This document shows, piece by piece, positions 9,555 to 19,200 of a stretch of DNA of 64,000 bases; the first letter of the stretch is position 1, and each line of letters starts with the position of its first letter. Below the pieces are notes generated by a model. That model saw nothing but the letters and a program-made list of their open reading frames with translations, had not been told where the DNA came from and did no database searches. Position numbers and translations under genes: made by a program. The stretch lies in IMG/VR virus record IMGVR_UViG_3300042402_002641, positions 62,001-126,000 of that record, one strand, 5' to 3'.

Positions 9555-10658
9555 ATGCAGATTATTCTTAGTGCAGGCAAGTACGGTAAGCCTAATCAAA
9601 TCTATGCAGGCATCCAATTGACCCTAGATCAGCCCTTTGTGAGCAGGCCCAAGGAGGGCTACGAAGGCTTCATCAAGGTGGTCAATGACGGAGCAAACAT
9701 CCGTGGCGGTGGCACCACCTGCGAAGTACTGTGCAATGAGGCTGACATCGAATATGTTACTAGTTCAACCCCCGTACCACAAGGAATCAGCATGCTGAAA
9801 GCACTGAAGAAGACTGCCAAGAACTCCGCAGAAGTCACGGACTTCACACAGGTCAAAGTGCCAGACGCTGTGGTTGCGCACGAGACAGACGAAGAGATCG
9901 TAGAGCGACTGCGCAATCGTTTCCAGGTCTTGCAGGACATGACCCAGGCAGTCAAAGAAGGTACTGTACGAGCAATGATCGTCACAGGCCCTCCGGGTGT
10001 AGGCAAGAGCTTCGGAGTTGAAGAAGTTCTGGGCAAACAGGATCTGTTCAATACACTGGGCAACAAGCGTCCCAAGTACGAGATCGTGAAAGGTGCTATG
10101 AGTGCCATTGGCCTCTACTCTAAGCTCTACCACTACAGTGAAAAGGGCAATGTCATCGTGTTTGATGACTGCGATTCAGTGCTGTTAGATGACTTGAGCT
10201 TGAACATTCTCAAGGCCGCTTTGGATTCTAGCAAGAAGCGTACTATCTCGTGGAACACTGATTCACGTATGTTGCGTTCAGAGGGAGTGCCTGACAGCTT
10301 TGAGTTCAAGGCAGGTGCTATCTTTATCACCAACATTAAGTTTGAGAATGTACGCTCTAAGAAGCTACAGGATCACTTGGCGGCACTAGAGTCACGCTGT
10401 CACTACGTGGATCTGCAGATGGACACAGACCGTGAAAAGGTCCTGCGTATCAAGCAGATCGTAGAAGATGGCATGCTGGACTCCTACGAGTTTGAGCCTG
10501 TGGTCAAGGACGAAGTCGTAGACTTTATCGTAGAGAACCGTTCAAAGATGCGTGAGTTGAGCCTGCGTACGGTGCTGAAGGTAGCTGATCTGCGCAAGAG
10601 CTTTGCTACCAATTGGAAAGGCATGGCAGAAGTCACTGTGATGCGGGGAGCACGATAA
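9555..10658 (+). CDS. AAA-family P-loop ATPase
   Basis: Walker A GPPGVGKS, Walker B VIVFDDCD, arginine finger ALESR; RBS AGGAGCGAA places start at 9555. Confidence 0.85.
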   Translation: MQIILSAGKYGKPNQIYAGIQLTLDQPFVSRPKEGYEGFIKVVNDGANIRGGGTTCEVLCNEADIEYVTSSTPVPQGISMLKALKKTAKNSAEVTDFTQVKVPDAVVAHETDEEIVERLRNRFQVLQDMTQAVKEGTVRAMIVTGPPGVGKSFGVEEVLGKQDLFNTLGNKRPKYEIVKGAMSAIGLYSKLYHYSEKGNVIVFDDCDSVLLDDLSLNILKAALDSSKKRTISWNTDSRMLRSEGVPDSFEFKAGAIFITNIKFENVRSKKLQDHLAALESRCHYVDLQMDTDREKVLRIKQIVEDGMLDSYEFEPVVKDEVVDFIVENRSKMRELSLRTVLKVADLRKSFATNWKGMAEVTVMRGAR

Positions 10659-10888
10659 TGGCAGGGTGCCAATATCTGGGTCCGGAATACGACCCTCACA
10701 GACACAGAGGGCCCACGCCCTTCTGTGGTGCTGAGACCATTCAGGGCAAGAGCTACTGTCACGATCACTACTACGTGGTCTACAAGAAGGGCACAGCAGT
10801 CAACGGCAAGAAGCGTGAGAAGGCTGTGGACCAAGAGATCGCTGAGCTTAAACGCCAGCAGGAGTTAGAGGAGATAGATAATGTTTGA
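10658..10888 (+). CDS. GcrA C-terminal-domain-like zinc-binding protein
   Basis: CQYLG...P.FCG.....GKSYCHDHY..VY resembles GcrA C-terminal CxWPxG..FCG....PYCxxH...Y. Confidence 0.55.
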   Translation: MAGCQYLGPEYDPHRHRGPTPFCGAETIQGKSYCHDHYYVVYKKGTAVNGKKREKAVDQEIAELKRQQELEEIDNV

Positions 10889-11081
10889 TAGCATGCTGAA
10901 GATTGGGCTAGCCATAGTGTTGATAGTGGTCTTGTTGGCCATTGGACCCTGGTTAGTGATTTGGGCTCTGAATACACTGTTCCCCCTGTTGGCTATCCAG
11001 TTCACGTTTTGGACTTGGTGTGCTGTGGTGATCCTGGGCACGTTCTTTCGAGCGAATGTGTCTGTAAAACGGAAGGATTGA
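10881..11081 (+). CDS. Small membrane protein
   Basis: Two hydrophobic segments; GAGGAG RBS. Confidence 0.65.
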   Translation: MFDSMLKIGLAIVLIVVLLAIGPWLVIWALNTLFPLLAIQFTFWTWCAVVILGTFFRANVSVKRKD

Positions 11082-11163
11082 GGTTGCAGATGATCTGTGA
11101 TTCATGTATTATTAACTAATGCTGAAGAACAGATAATCAGCTGTTAACAAAGGAAACTTAAAA

Positions 11164-11436
11164 ATGAAGAGATTCAATCCAGAAACAAAGACTTTCAAGG
11201 TCTTCCACGCACTGTACAAAGGTGCTGCTCTTACCCAAAGCCAAGCTGAAAAGCGTTTTGGTGTCAAGAACTTGGCTGCAGAAGCCAGCCGTATCCGCCA
11301 AGCAGGCTACGCTGTTTATTCAAACAGCCGCACAGCTGGCAACGGCGTAACAGTCACAGAGTATGTGATGGGCACACCTAGCCGTGAAATCGTAGCACTT
11401 GGTTACAAAGCCAAGAGCATGGGCATCACAGTCTAA
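11164..11436 (+). CDS. Winged-helix/HTH-like small protein
   Basis: LTQSQAEKRFGVKNLAAEASRIRQAGYAVY HTH-like pattern followed by a beta wing. Confidence 0.6.
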   Translation: MKRFNPETKTFKVFHALYKGAALTQSQAEKRFGVKNLAAEASRIRQAGYAVYSNSRTAGNGVTVTEYVMGTPSREIVALGYKAKSMGITV

Positions 11437-11463
11437 GCAGTTGTTTCTCGACCCTAAGGGTCG

Positions 11464-11536
11464 TTCAAAGAACAAGCCGATTCGCTCCCGGGGCGTTCTT
11501 TGGAGGGTGTTGTAGAAATACAACACCCTTTTTCTT
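11464..11536 (+). ncRNA. Candidate 3'-UTR sRNA copy 1: hairpin with loop AUUCGCUCC, then intrinsic terminator
   Basis: TTCAAAGAAC/GTTCTTTGGA outer stem, CCG/CGG inner stem, loop 11480-11488; terminator AGGGTGTTGTA-GAAA-TACAACACCCT-TTTT. Confidence 0.6.
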
Positions 11537-11750
11537 TGGCCGGCACTCCCAAAAAGAGGTTGACAGATTGGATACATAGTGTTATAATACACACATGAAC
11601 AAGCAAGGAGTGAACCAAATGGCATTCAATTACGAAAAATACTACGCAACTCTTTTCCGTAAGCGTGGTTACCACCTAATCAACGGTGTGTGGTACTACG
11701 ATGCAGAAGGCAAGTACCAAGTTTACAACACAGCATCCTAAGGAGTGACT

Positions 11751-12383
11751 ATGCAATTCACTGCTGAACAAGTTTGGGCCTGTGCTGCTGCTGCGCAGCG
11801 TATCAACGAAGGCTACTTCAAAGAAGATCAATGGGACACAGCTGAGGCTGGAGTCAAGATCAAGACCGCCAACAAGCTCTTGGTCAAAGATTGGCTTCGC
11901 ACCAATGACTACTCCCAGATCACTGCTGCAGATACTGCAGAGGGGATCCGTGCTCGTAACCATTTCAAATCTTACACTCTACTGGCCATAGCTGGCAGAC
12001 TCAACGAGTTCCAAGAGACTGCAATGAAGCTGGCAGCCAAAGAAGAGTTCACAGGTCGCGATATGTATGATTTCGCTGTGATCTCATGCTTGCCTTCAGT
12101 GTCTGTGCGTGATGCTGCGAACGCGGAACTCAAACGCGAGATCTATACCTCAGAACAGCTCCACGGAGCTGAAGGGGATAGGATCCAAGGTGAAGTCACT
12201 GTGATCAACACCCGTTTCAATCCTGACTACAACAAGCACAAGATCCGGGGTCGCATGGGCGAGAGCTTCGTGGACTTTTGGTTCGGGTCTGCTCTAGAAG
12301 GCACAGTAAAGATCAAGGCCAAGATCAAGAGCCAACGTGGCGATAAAACAACACAGCTAAACTATGTGAAAATACTTGGTTGA
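11751..12383 (+). CDS. Early hypothetical protein, possible C-terminal OB-like domain
   Basis: AGGAGTGA RBS; beta-rich C-terminus ending TQLNYVK. Confidence 0.7.
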   Translation: MQFTAEQVWACAAAAQRINEGYFKEDQWDTAEAGVKIKTANKLLVKDWLRTNDYSQITAADTAEGIRARNHFKSYTLLAIAGRLNEFQETAMKLAAKEEFTGRDMYDFAVISCLPSVSVRDAANAELKREIYTSEQLHGAEGDRIQGEVTVINTRFNPDYNKHKIRGRMGESFVDFWFGSALEGTVKIKAKIKSQRGDKTTQLNYVKILG

Positions 12384-12461
12384 CAAAGAGCGAAATTGGT
12401 GTTATACTTATGACACTGAGAGATTAATTGTTTTAACTGTTCTAACTAGCGAGGTCTTAAT

Positions 12462-13547
12462 ATGGCAAAAGCACAAGATATTTCCGTCCGTCAAGTTGGC
12501 CCTAAGGGTGCCAAGAAGGCGATCCGACACGCAATCAAGATGCGTCGTCCAACATTCCTCTGGGGTCCTCCAGGCATTGGCAAATCAGATCTCGTCAAGC
12601 AGATCGGTGATGACGCTGGTCGTGAGGTCATTGACGTTCGCCTGGCTCTTTGGGAACCCACAGACATCAAGGGCATCCCTTATTACAATGCAGAGCAGGG
12701 CAAGATGGTTTGGGCTCCTCCTGCAGAACTGCCCACTGATGCAGACTCTAAGGCAATCATCTTCCTAGATGAATTGAACTCTGCACCTCCAGCAGTCCAG
12801 GCCGCGGCCTATCAGTTGATCCTGAACCGCCGTGTTGGCACATACCATTTGCCCAAGGGCGTGGATGTTGTGGCCGCAGGTAACCGCGAAGGTGACCGTG
12901 GTGTCACATACCGTATGCCTGCTCCGTTGGCTAACCGTTTCATCCACTTGGAAATGAAAGTGGACTTTGATGACTTCCAAGACTGGGCTACTTTGCACAA
13001 GGTGCATCCAGAGGTTGTGGGTTATGTGGGTTTTGCCAAGCAGGACTTGTATGACTTTGATCCTAAGAGTTCCTCTAAGGCGTTTGCAACTCCACGCTCG
13101 TGGGTGTTCGTTAGCGATCTACTGTCAGATGATGACTGCGACAACGACACATTGACAGCACTGATCGCAGGTGCTATTGGTGACGGCTTGGCTTCTAAGT
13201 TCATGGCTCACCGCAAGATCGCAGGCAAACTGCCCAAGGCTGGTGACATCCTCGACGGCAAGGTCAAGGACCTGCAGATCAAGGAAGTGTCAGCGATGTA
13301 TTCTTTGACTGTTAGCCTGTGCTATGAGCTCAAGGACCGTGCAGAGAAGAAGGCTAAGAACTGGGACGATATGGCAGACTGCTTCTTCCGCTACATGATG
13401 GATAACTTCCCAACTGAGTTGGTTGTGATGGGTGCCAAGACCGCGCTCACCAACTATGACTTGCCCTTGGACGCTACTAAGATGAAATCCTTCGATGAAT
13501 TCCACAAGCGTTTTGGTAAGTATGTTTTGAGTGCCATGGAGAATTAA
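12462..13547 (+). CDS. MoxR/dynein-related AAA+ ATPase
   Basis: GPPGIGKS, IIFLDELN, AAGNR, PAPLANRF, TPRSW. Confidence 0.9.
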   Translation: MAKAQDISVRQVGPKGAKKAIRHAIKMRRPTFLWGPPGIGKSDLVKQIGDDAGREVIDVRLALWEPTDIKGIPYYNAEQGKMVWAPPAELPTDADSKAIIFLDELNSAPPAVQAAAYQLILNRRVGTYHLPKGVDVVAAGNREGDRGVTYRMPAPLANRFIHLEMKVDFDDFQDWATLHKVHPEVVGYVGFAKQDLYDFDPKSSSKAFATPRSWVFVSDLLSDDDCDNDTLTALIAGAIGDGLASKFMAHRKIAGKLPKAGDILDGKVKDLQIKEVSAMYSLTVSLCYELKDRAEKKAKNWDDMADCFFRYMMDNFPTELVVMGAKTALTNYDLPLDATKMKSFDEFHKRFGKYVLSAMEN

Positions 13548-13564
13548 GACCTCGCCCATGGCCG

Positions 13565-13602
13565 GGCTACGGGCTCCTCAGGGTTCGTAGCCCACCTTTT
13601 TT
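13565..13602 (+). terminator. Intrinsic terminator
   Basis: GGGCTACGGGCTC-CTCA-GGGTTCGTAGCCC then T tract. Confidence 0.7.
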
Positions 13603-13658
13603 GGTTGACAGGTGTGTAAATAGATGCTATAATATACACATACTAAGGAGAGCGACTA

Positions 13659-14867
13659 ATGGACCCAATCATAGAGAAACTAACAACTGCTAGAGTAGGA
13701 CTGTTGCTCAAAGCACCGTTCTTCGGCAACATGGCAACTCGTATGAAGTTGATTGATGCTTCAGACTGGTGCCCTACCGCCGCAACCAACGGTCGTGACT
13801 TCATGTATAACAAGAAGTTCGTAGAGAAACTTTCTGTTAAGAAACTAGAGTTCCTGTTCGCACATGAGATCTGTCATGCCGTATTTGATCACTTTGGTCG
13901 TTTAGGTTCGCGTATTCCACAACTGGCGAACATCGCACAGGACTACGCTGTGAACCAGATCCTGGTAGATGAACGCATTGGTGAGAAGATCACTGAGGTA
14001 AAAATCTGCTATGACGCCAAGTATCGTGGATTGGCCTGGGAAGAGATCTATGACGAGCTCTTCGAAAAAGCAGAGAAGATCCCTATGGAACAACTGCTGG
14101 CACAACTAGGTGATCTCCTAGACGAGCACATCAAAGAAGAAGAAGGTGCTGGCTCGGGTGGTGGTGACAAGACCAAAGACGGCAAGGGCAAGCCCTCGTT
14201 GACTAAAGAAGAAGCCGAACAGATCCGCGATGAGATCAAGAACGCCATGATCCAAAGTGCCGCGGCCGCTGGTGCTGGTAAGGTGCCCGCAGGTATCCAA
14301 CGCTTGATCAAGAACTGGACTGAGCCTAAGATGGACTGGCGCCAGTTGGTGCAACAAGAGATCCAAAGCATTGTTCGCAATGACTACTCCTTTCAGCGTG
14401 TGAATCGCAAGAGTATGCACAGTGGTGCTATCTTGCCAGGCATGAAAGAAGCAACTACCATTGACGTGGCAATCTCAATCGATATGTCAGGTTCTATCGG
14501 TGATGAAGATGCAACTGCATTCCTCAGCGAGATCAAGGGCATCATGGACCAGTACGAGGACTTCAAGATCAACCTGTGGTGCTTTGACACCGATATCTAC
14601 AACTGGAAACAGATCACACACGACGAAGCTCATGAACTGGTAGAATATGAGCCACAGGGCGGCGGTGGCACAGACTTCGAAGTCAACTGGACCTTCATGG
14701 AAGAGAATGGTATCCAGCCCAAGAAGTTCATCATGTTCACAGACGGCTACCCATGTGGCGGTTGGGGCAACGAGGACTACTGCGACACGATCTTTATCGT
14801 CAAAGGCAATGAGAAAGCAGAAGCACCCTTTGGGCAGACTGTGATCTATGAAAAAGAGGCGGCGTGA
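13659..14867 (+). CDS. vWA domain plus putative metallopeptidase (DUF2201-like), partner of the MoxR ATPase
   Basis: TAATNG, HExxH (AHEICH), MIDAS DMSGS, GGGGTDF, FTDG. Confidence 0.88.
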   Translation: MDPIIEKLTTARVGLLLKAPFFGNMATRMKLIDASDWCPTAATNGRDFMYNKKFVEKLSVKKLEFLFAHEICHAVFDHFGRLGSRIPQLANIAQDYAVNQILVDERIGEKITEVKICYDAKYRGLAWEEIYDELFEKAEKIPMEQLLAQLGDLLDEHIKEEEGAGSGGGDKTKDGKGKPSLTKEEAEQIRDEIKNAMIQSAAAAGAGKVPAGIQRLIKNWTEPKMDWRQLVQQEIQSIVRNDYSFQRVNRKSMHSGAILPGMKEATTIDVAISIDMSGSIGDEDATAFLSEIKGIMDQYEDFKINLWCFDTDIYNWKQITHDEAHELVEYEPQGGGGTDFEVNWTFMEENGIQPKKFIMFTDGYPCGGWGNEDYCDTIFIVKGNEKAEAPFGQTVIYEKEAA

Positions 14868-15436
14868 TTGGAGTGCCAGGGGTTGTGGCTTTTCTGCCAC
14901 AGGCCCCGCTGCTTACGTGTGCGTGTAACCTATCGGTTGACATCTAGGCAGATTGGTGTTATAATATAGACATATTAACAGAGAAGGAGCGGTAATGATG
15001 GAACTGATTTTAGCATTCGTAGCAGGTATGATCGTAATGGACGTGATGTGGGCCTGGCGCATGGGCATCCCCCAGATGCTGTGGTATCGCTTCCGTAATC
15101 GCAACAACCCCCAACCTAACTTTGATCAGGAGTAATCATGATGAGTCATCTCGTAGCATTCTTCCTTGGAATCTTCGTGGCAACTGTGGGCATCACAGGT
15201 GTGGCCAGTGTGGCAGACAAGGGCGTTAATCAAGTTCAACAGGTAATGAAAGAGGCAGCTAAATGAGCAAGATGGCAGATCTCACATACGATATCGAGCA
15301 ACTGTACATTGAGGGCCATTCGCCTAGGATGATCTCAATCATGCTGGAGTGCCCCATTGAACAGGTTTATGGATGGTTAGAAGAAGTAGGCCTTGATCCC
15401 GAAGACTACAGCCCGCATGCCACTATAAATAGTTAG

Positions 15437-15763
15437 ATGAGCAAGTTAGAGTTCCTAGCAAGGCCCTTGGTGGCCTTTGATCCCTACAACAAGGATCACA
15501 GACGCTACTACGCAGAGTTCCTTGAACTCGGCGGTTGGGGTCGCTGCCCTGTGAGGTTCATCTGCCCAGAAGACACTGGCTTTGATCTGCCTACTATGAT
15601 ACAACGTAGTTTGATCAGCTACTACATCGATCGTGAGTTCGGCGGGGGAAAGTTGGCTCGTGACCGATCAGACATGCTGCGCCGCAAGGCCGACGCTCTC
15701 TACAAAGAAGCGGGCAAACTGCGCATTGAATCTAAAGCTCTGCTAAAACCCAGGCGGTCATAG
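15437..15763 (+). CDS. Hypothetical protein
   Basis: TATAAATA-N5-ATG start. Confidence 0.65.
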   Translation: MSKLEFLARPLVAFDPYNKDHRRYYAEFLELGGWGRCPVRFICPEDTGFDLPTMIQRSLISYYIDREFGGGKLARDRSDMLRRKADALYKEAGKLRIESKALLKPRRS

Positions 15764-15839
15764 GGTCTTTAGACATATCGGTTGACAGATTGGCGACTTG
15801 GTGCTATACTATAGGTATAGTGAATAACAAGGAGCGAAG

Positions 15840-16106
15840 ATGTATCTACCATTACTAACTGAAAAAGAACAAAAGGCTGTGGTCCGCGCACTGCGTGGCT
15901 GGCAGTTTATCCGTAAAAATCACGGTAGCCTGTTCGATCGTGGTTCAGCAGACAGCTACTACGGTCGTTCACGTATTCCACACTACGGCGGCGTTGGTGG
16001 TGACTCTGGACCTAGGGTCGAAGTCACTGATGCCAAGAGCGTGGCTGAATACATGGCTGGCTATGATGAAAACGAACAATTTGGTGACAAGAAAGACTGG
16101 CGCTGA
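15840..16106 (+). CDS. Early hypothetical protein
   Basis: Promoter plus AAGGAGCGAA RBS; HGSLFDRGSADSYYGR. Confidence 0.7.
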   Translation: MYLPLLTEKEQKAVVRALRGWQFIRKNHGSLFDRGSADSYYGRSRIPHYGGVGGDSGPRVEVTDAKSVAEYMAGYDENEQFGDKKDWR

Positions 16107-16441
16107 TGGAGGCTCTACGTGAAATCACAGAATGGACGGGTGTTGAGTATCGCAGTCCCAACCACGACTACCTATTGGACGGTGACAAGATCATTGCTTA
16201 TCGCCCCTGGGGCACTGCAGAGATCCGTGTGCTCCGGTCAGGTATTAAGATCGACCGTCGCGGCCGGAAGTTCGTCAAATTGGATCCAAACCCCTTTAAT
16301 CTCATAGAAAGTAAATCAAATGCAATCACAGTCACTGGTTCTAAAGGTCAAGTCTATTCGGTCGATGCAGAAGCCCATACCTGTACCTGTCCAGGGTTCC
16401 AATTTCGAGGTGCCTGCAAACACCTGGCAAGCCATGGTTGA
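16106..16441 (+). CDS. SWIM zinc finger protein
   Basis: CTCPGFQFRGACKH. Confidence 0.8.
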   Translation: MEALREITEWTGVEYRSPNHDYLLDGDKIIAYRPWGTAEIRVLRSGIKIDRRGRKFVKLDPNPFNLIESKSNAITVTGSKGQVYSVDAEAHTCTCPGFQFRGACKHLASHG

Positions 16442-16521
16442 ACGCATGATGTCAGGCAAATGATTGGTTGACATTTTGGCTAACCTGTGCTATAATATAC
16501 ACATACTAAGGAGAGCGAGCA

Positions 16522-16710
16522 ATGACAGTTAAGTTTGAAGATCTGCGTGAAGGTTCTGTGGTCATAGTGCGTGGTGCGTTTGGCACAGGCCCTGAAGAGC
16601 GTGTTAAGGTTGAAGGCTTGGACAGGGACATTAAGAATGGCTACCCTGGCATTGACTACAACGGTTCTTGGGCCTACTTGGACCAGGTAGTGCGTGTGGT
16701 GCAATACTAA
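16522..16710 (+). CDS. Small early protein
   Basis: Promoter plus GGAGAGCGAG RBS. Confidence 0.65.
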   Translation: MTVKFEDLREGSVVIVRGAFGTGPEERVKVEGLDRDIKNGYPGIDYNGSWAYLDQVVRVVQY

Positions 16711-16931
16711 TGAAGAAGTTCACCTTTTGGCGTAATGCCATCATATCAGAACTCTACGTGGTTGATGCGGCAACTGAAGAACAAGCACGTGAGATGCTGC
16801 AGAATGGGGAAGTGGAAGTGTTCAATGAGGAATGGATAGATTGGGCCACGGACGATTTCGAACTTGAGCACGTGGAAATCATTGACCCTTTGTATAGAAT
16901 GGTAAAAGACTATGACACCGCAGGAACATGA
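16710..16931 (+). CDS. Small acidic protein
   Basis: TAATG coupling; VDAATEEQAREM. Confidence 0.6.
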   Translation: MKKFTFWRNAIISELYVVDAATEEQAREMLQNGEVEVFNEEWIDWATDDFELEHVEIIDPLYRMVKDYDTAGT

Positions 16932-17111
16932 ATACATTCGTAGAGCTGTAGAGGCCCTGGAGAATCCCGAGATCACTCCCATGACACAGCGAAAGATCCT
17001 AAGGACCATGGAACAGATCTGTGGCAAAAATGCCACACTGATTGAACAGAAATTGGTTGACACAGTCGAAGATCGGTTGTATAATAGTAATACTTAAACA
17101 AAGGAGCGAAT

Positions 17112-17741
17112 ATGCCTAATTGGTGTTCAAATCATATCACGGTGCGTGGCACCGACCCTGTGGCAATCAAACGATTGGCTGATGCGTTTGATGCGGGTGA
17201 GTTCTGCGGTACGGTAGTGCCTATGCCAGAAGAACTCAACATCACCTCAGGCCGCCTGGGCGATGGTGTTGAGCAGGCTGAACTAGAGGCCAAGAGTGCG
17301 GCCAACCTAGAGAAGTATGGTTATGCCAACTGGTATGACTTCAATGTGGCCAATTGGGGCACCAAGTGGGAAGTCGGTGGCGATGGCAGCACAGCAGAGA
17401 TCGAAGATGATGGCTTGAGCTTCTCTGCACCCTTTGAATCAGCCTGGTCGCCACCGATTGGAGTCTGTGAGGCCCTGGTTGAACAGGGCTTTGAAGTCAC
17501 TCTTTACTACTACGAACCCGGCATGGGCTATGTGGGCAAGTGGGAGGATGGCATCGACGACTGCTACGAGTATGGTGGTGAGAAAGCCGCTACAGTTCGA
17601 GCTGCCATCGGTGATGAGCTGGACGACATGTTCGGCATCTCAGAGTCCATGGCTGAATACGAAGCAGAGAACGAAGAGGAAGAACTCACAGAATGGATCA
17701 AGGACGGTGTTGAACAGAAGAAGGCTTTGATCGCACTATGA
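17112..17741 (+). CDS. DUF1281/YubB-like ferredoxin-fold protein
   Basis: MPNWCSN, WYDFNVANWGTKW, FESAWSPP, YYEPGM; RBS AAGGAGCGAAT. Confidence 0.75.
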   Translation: MPNWCSNHITVRGTDPVAIKRLADAFDAGEFCGTVVPMPEELNITSGRLGDGVEQAELEAKSAANLEKYGYANWYDFNVANWGTKWEVGGDGSTAEIEDDGLSFSAPFESAWSPPIGVCEALVEQGFEVTLYYYEPGMGYVGKWEDGIDDCYEYGGEKAATVRAAIGDELDDMFGISESMAEYEAENEEEELTEWIKDGVEQKKALIAL

Positions 17742-17997
17742 GAACCTTGAAGTTCCAATTTGAAGTGATCTGTGCCTCAGAGGGCACAGCTGACGAAACC
17801 TTGGTTGAATCAATGATTGATTTGGCCATGCAAGATCTGGTCTATGACGACGAGTTTATCGTGGCCCTAGGCGAGAAAGAGAGTGTCACCATCCGCGTGT
17901 CTAGATTGGACAAATGAATGGTTGACATTTAGGGTAGCCGATGCTACTATTATAACATGCTGATTGGCATATTTTTACACACACAGGAGTAATTGAA

Positions 17998-18300
17998 ATG
18001 AGTACAGAGAAGAAGTTTGCGGTTGCTGGAGTTAGCACACTCGACGGCAAGACCAAGGTGCGTTTTGCCAATGATACCATGCGTATCAAGATCTTGGGCA
18101 AGAACGGCCACACAGATGTCAACCTCGTGGATCTTCCACGTGAAATGACCAAGGCTGAGATCGCTCAGCACATGGTCGAGGTTGGCTTTGGCAAGGGCAA
18201 TGCAGCTATCGAAGCTGCCATCGCCTACGTAGCCAAGAAAAATCCTGCACCCAAGCAGGTCAAGGCCACTGTCGCGAAGACAGAGGCTGTGGTTGCCTGA
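17998..18300 (+). CDS. Conserved-looking hypothetical phage protein
   Basis: FAVAGVS...KVRFAND..RIKIL.KNGHTDV; own promoter; RBS AGGAGTAA. Confidence 0.7.
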   Translation: MSTEKKFAVAGVSTLDGKTKVRFANDTMRIKILGKNGHTDVNLVDLPREMTKAEIAQHMVEVGFGKGNAAIEAAIAYVAKKNPAPKQVKATVAKTEAVVA

Positions 18301-18367
18301 TCCGATTCGCTCCCGGTAATCAGCAACCTTGATAGAGACCCTACTAACACTAGGGTCTCTTTTTTTT
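18291..18367 (+). ncRNA. Candidate 3'-UTR sRNA copy 2: hairpin with loop AUUCGCUCC, then intrinsic terminator
   Basis: GGTTG/CAACC, CTGA/TCAG and CCG/CGG stems, loop 18305-18313; terminator AGAGACCCTA-N7-TAGGGTCTCT-T7. Confidence 0.6.
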
Positions 18368-18426
18368 GGTTGACATTTTGGCTAAAGTGCGTTATAATTG
18401 CTACTTACACACACAAGGAGCCCACA

Positions 18427-18678
18427 ATGTTTACAAACTGCATAGCCTACGCAAAGTTAGTTTACAACAAAAAACTTAACGCATACAAAATGCAGATTGC
18501 ATTTAATGTACACAAAAAGTTAGTAGGCACTAACTACAAATATTTGTTTCCTGTACAAAGCAAATGCAACTATGTTAGCGGGGACTTACTTGCAGAAAAT
18601 TTAGAAGCAGAAGTGCAACGCACTGTGGCTTTTGCACAACAAAACTTGCGTACAACACAAATTGTAATAGTAGACTAA
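18427..18678 (+). CDS. Early hypothetical protein (TC-depleted island)
   Basis: Promoter at 18370, AAGGAG RBS, ATG 18427. Confidence 0.7.
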   Translation: MFTNCIAYAKLVYNKKLNAYKMQIAFNVHKKLVGTNYKYLFPVQSKCNYVSGDLLAENLEAEVQRTVAFAQQNLRTTQIVIVD

Positions 18679-18763
18679 GTTGTAGGGCCTTTACAGCACA
18701 CACTTGCATTTTGGACAGGTGTGTGCTATAATTGTTTTTTAAACACAGCATTAGGAGCGAACT

Positions 18764-19135
18764 ATGCAAGCAACGACATTTAACGTAAGCGACAAGCTAA
18801 CACTGGTAAGCACAGACACAGACACAGACAGCGTTAGCACAACATACAACTGTAACGTAGAAGTGCAACTAGCAGGCGACAGCATATGGGACTGCGAGCT
18901 AGAGGCAGTTACAGTTACAAGCATACACATACACGAGAACTTTTGGGAAGACACAAGCACAGTACACATTGCAGTTTGCTACAACGTAGACGGTGTAGAC
19001 GGCAGTGAAGTAGAGGGCAGCTGGCGTATGTATACAGACAGCGGCTTTGAAGAGGCTGTTAGTGCTTTGCTAGGCACAGACGTTAGATTTACGGAGCAGG
19101 GAATGCAAGACGACGGCTTTGCGAGCATGGAATAA
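18764..19135 (+). CDS. Highly acidic early protein (TC-depleted island)
   Basis: AGGAGCGAA RBS; D/E-rich; YTDSGFE...FTEQGMQ. Confidence 0.75.
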   Translation: MQATTFNVSDKLTLVSTDTDTDSVSTTYNCNVEVQLAGDSIWDCELEAVTVTSIHIHENFWEDTSTVHIAVCYNVDGVDGSEVEGSWRMYTDSGFEEAVSALLGTDVRFTEQGMQDDGFASME

Positions 19136-19200
19136 AAACAACAGCACACTTGCATTTTGGATGTAAGTGTGCTATAATACATTTTTAAAGAAAGCACTAG

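Noticed and set aside
18811-18831. CACAGA tandem repeat as a contingency locus
   Set aside because: Only about three in-frame hexamer units encoding TDTDTD; too short to support.
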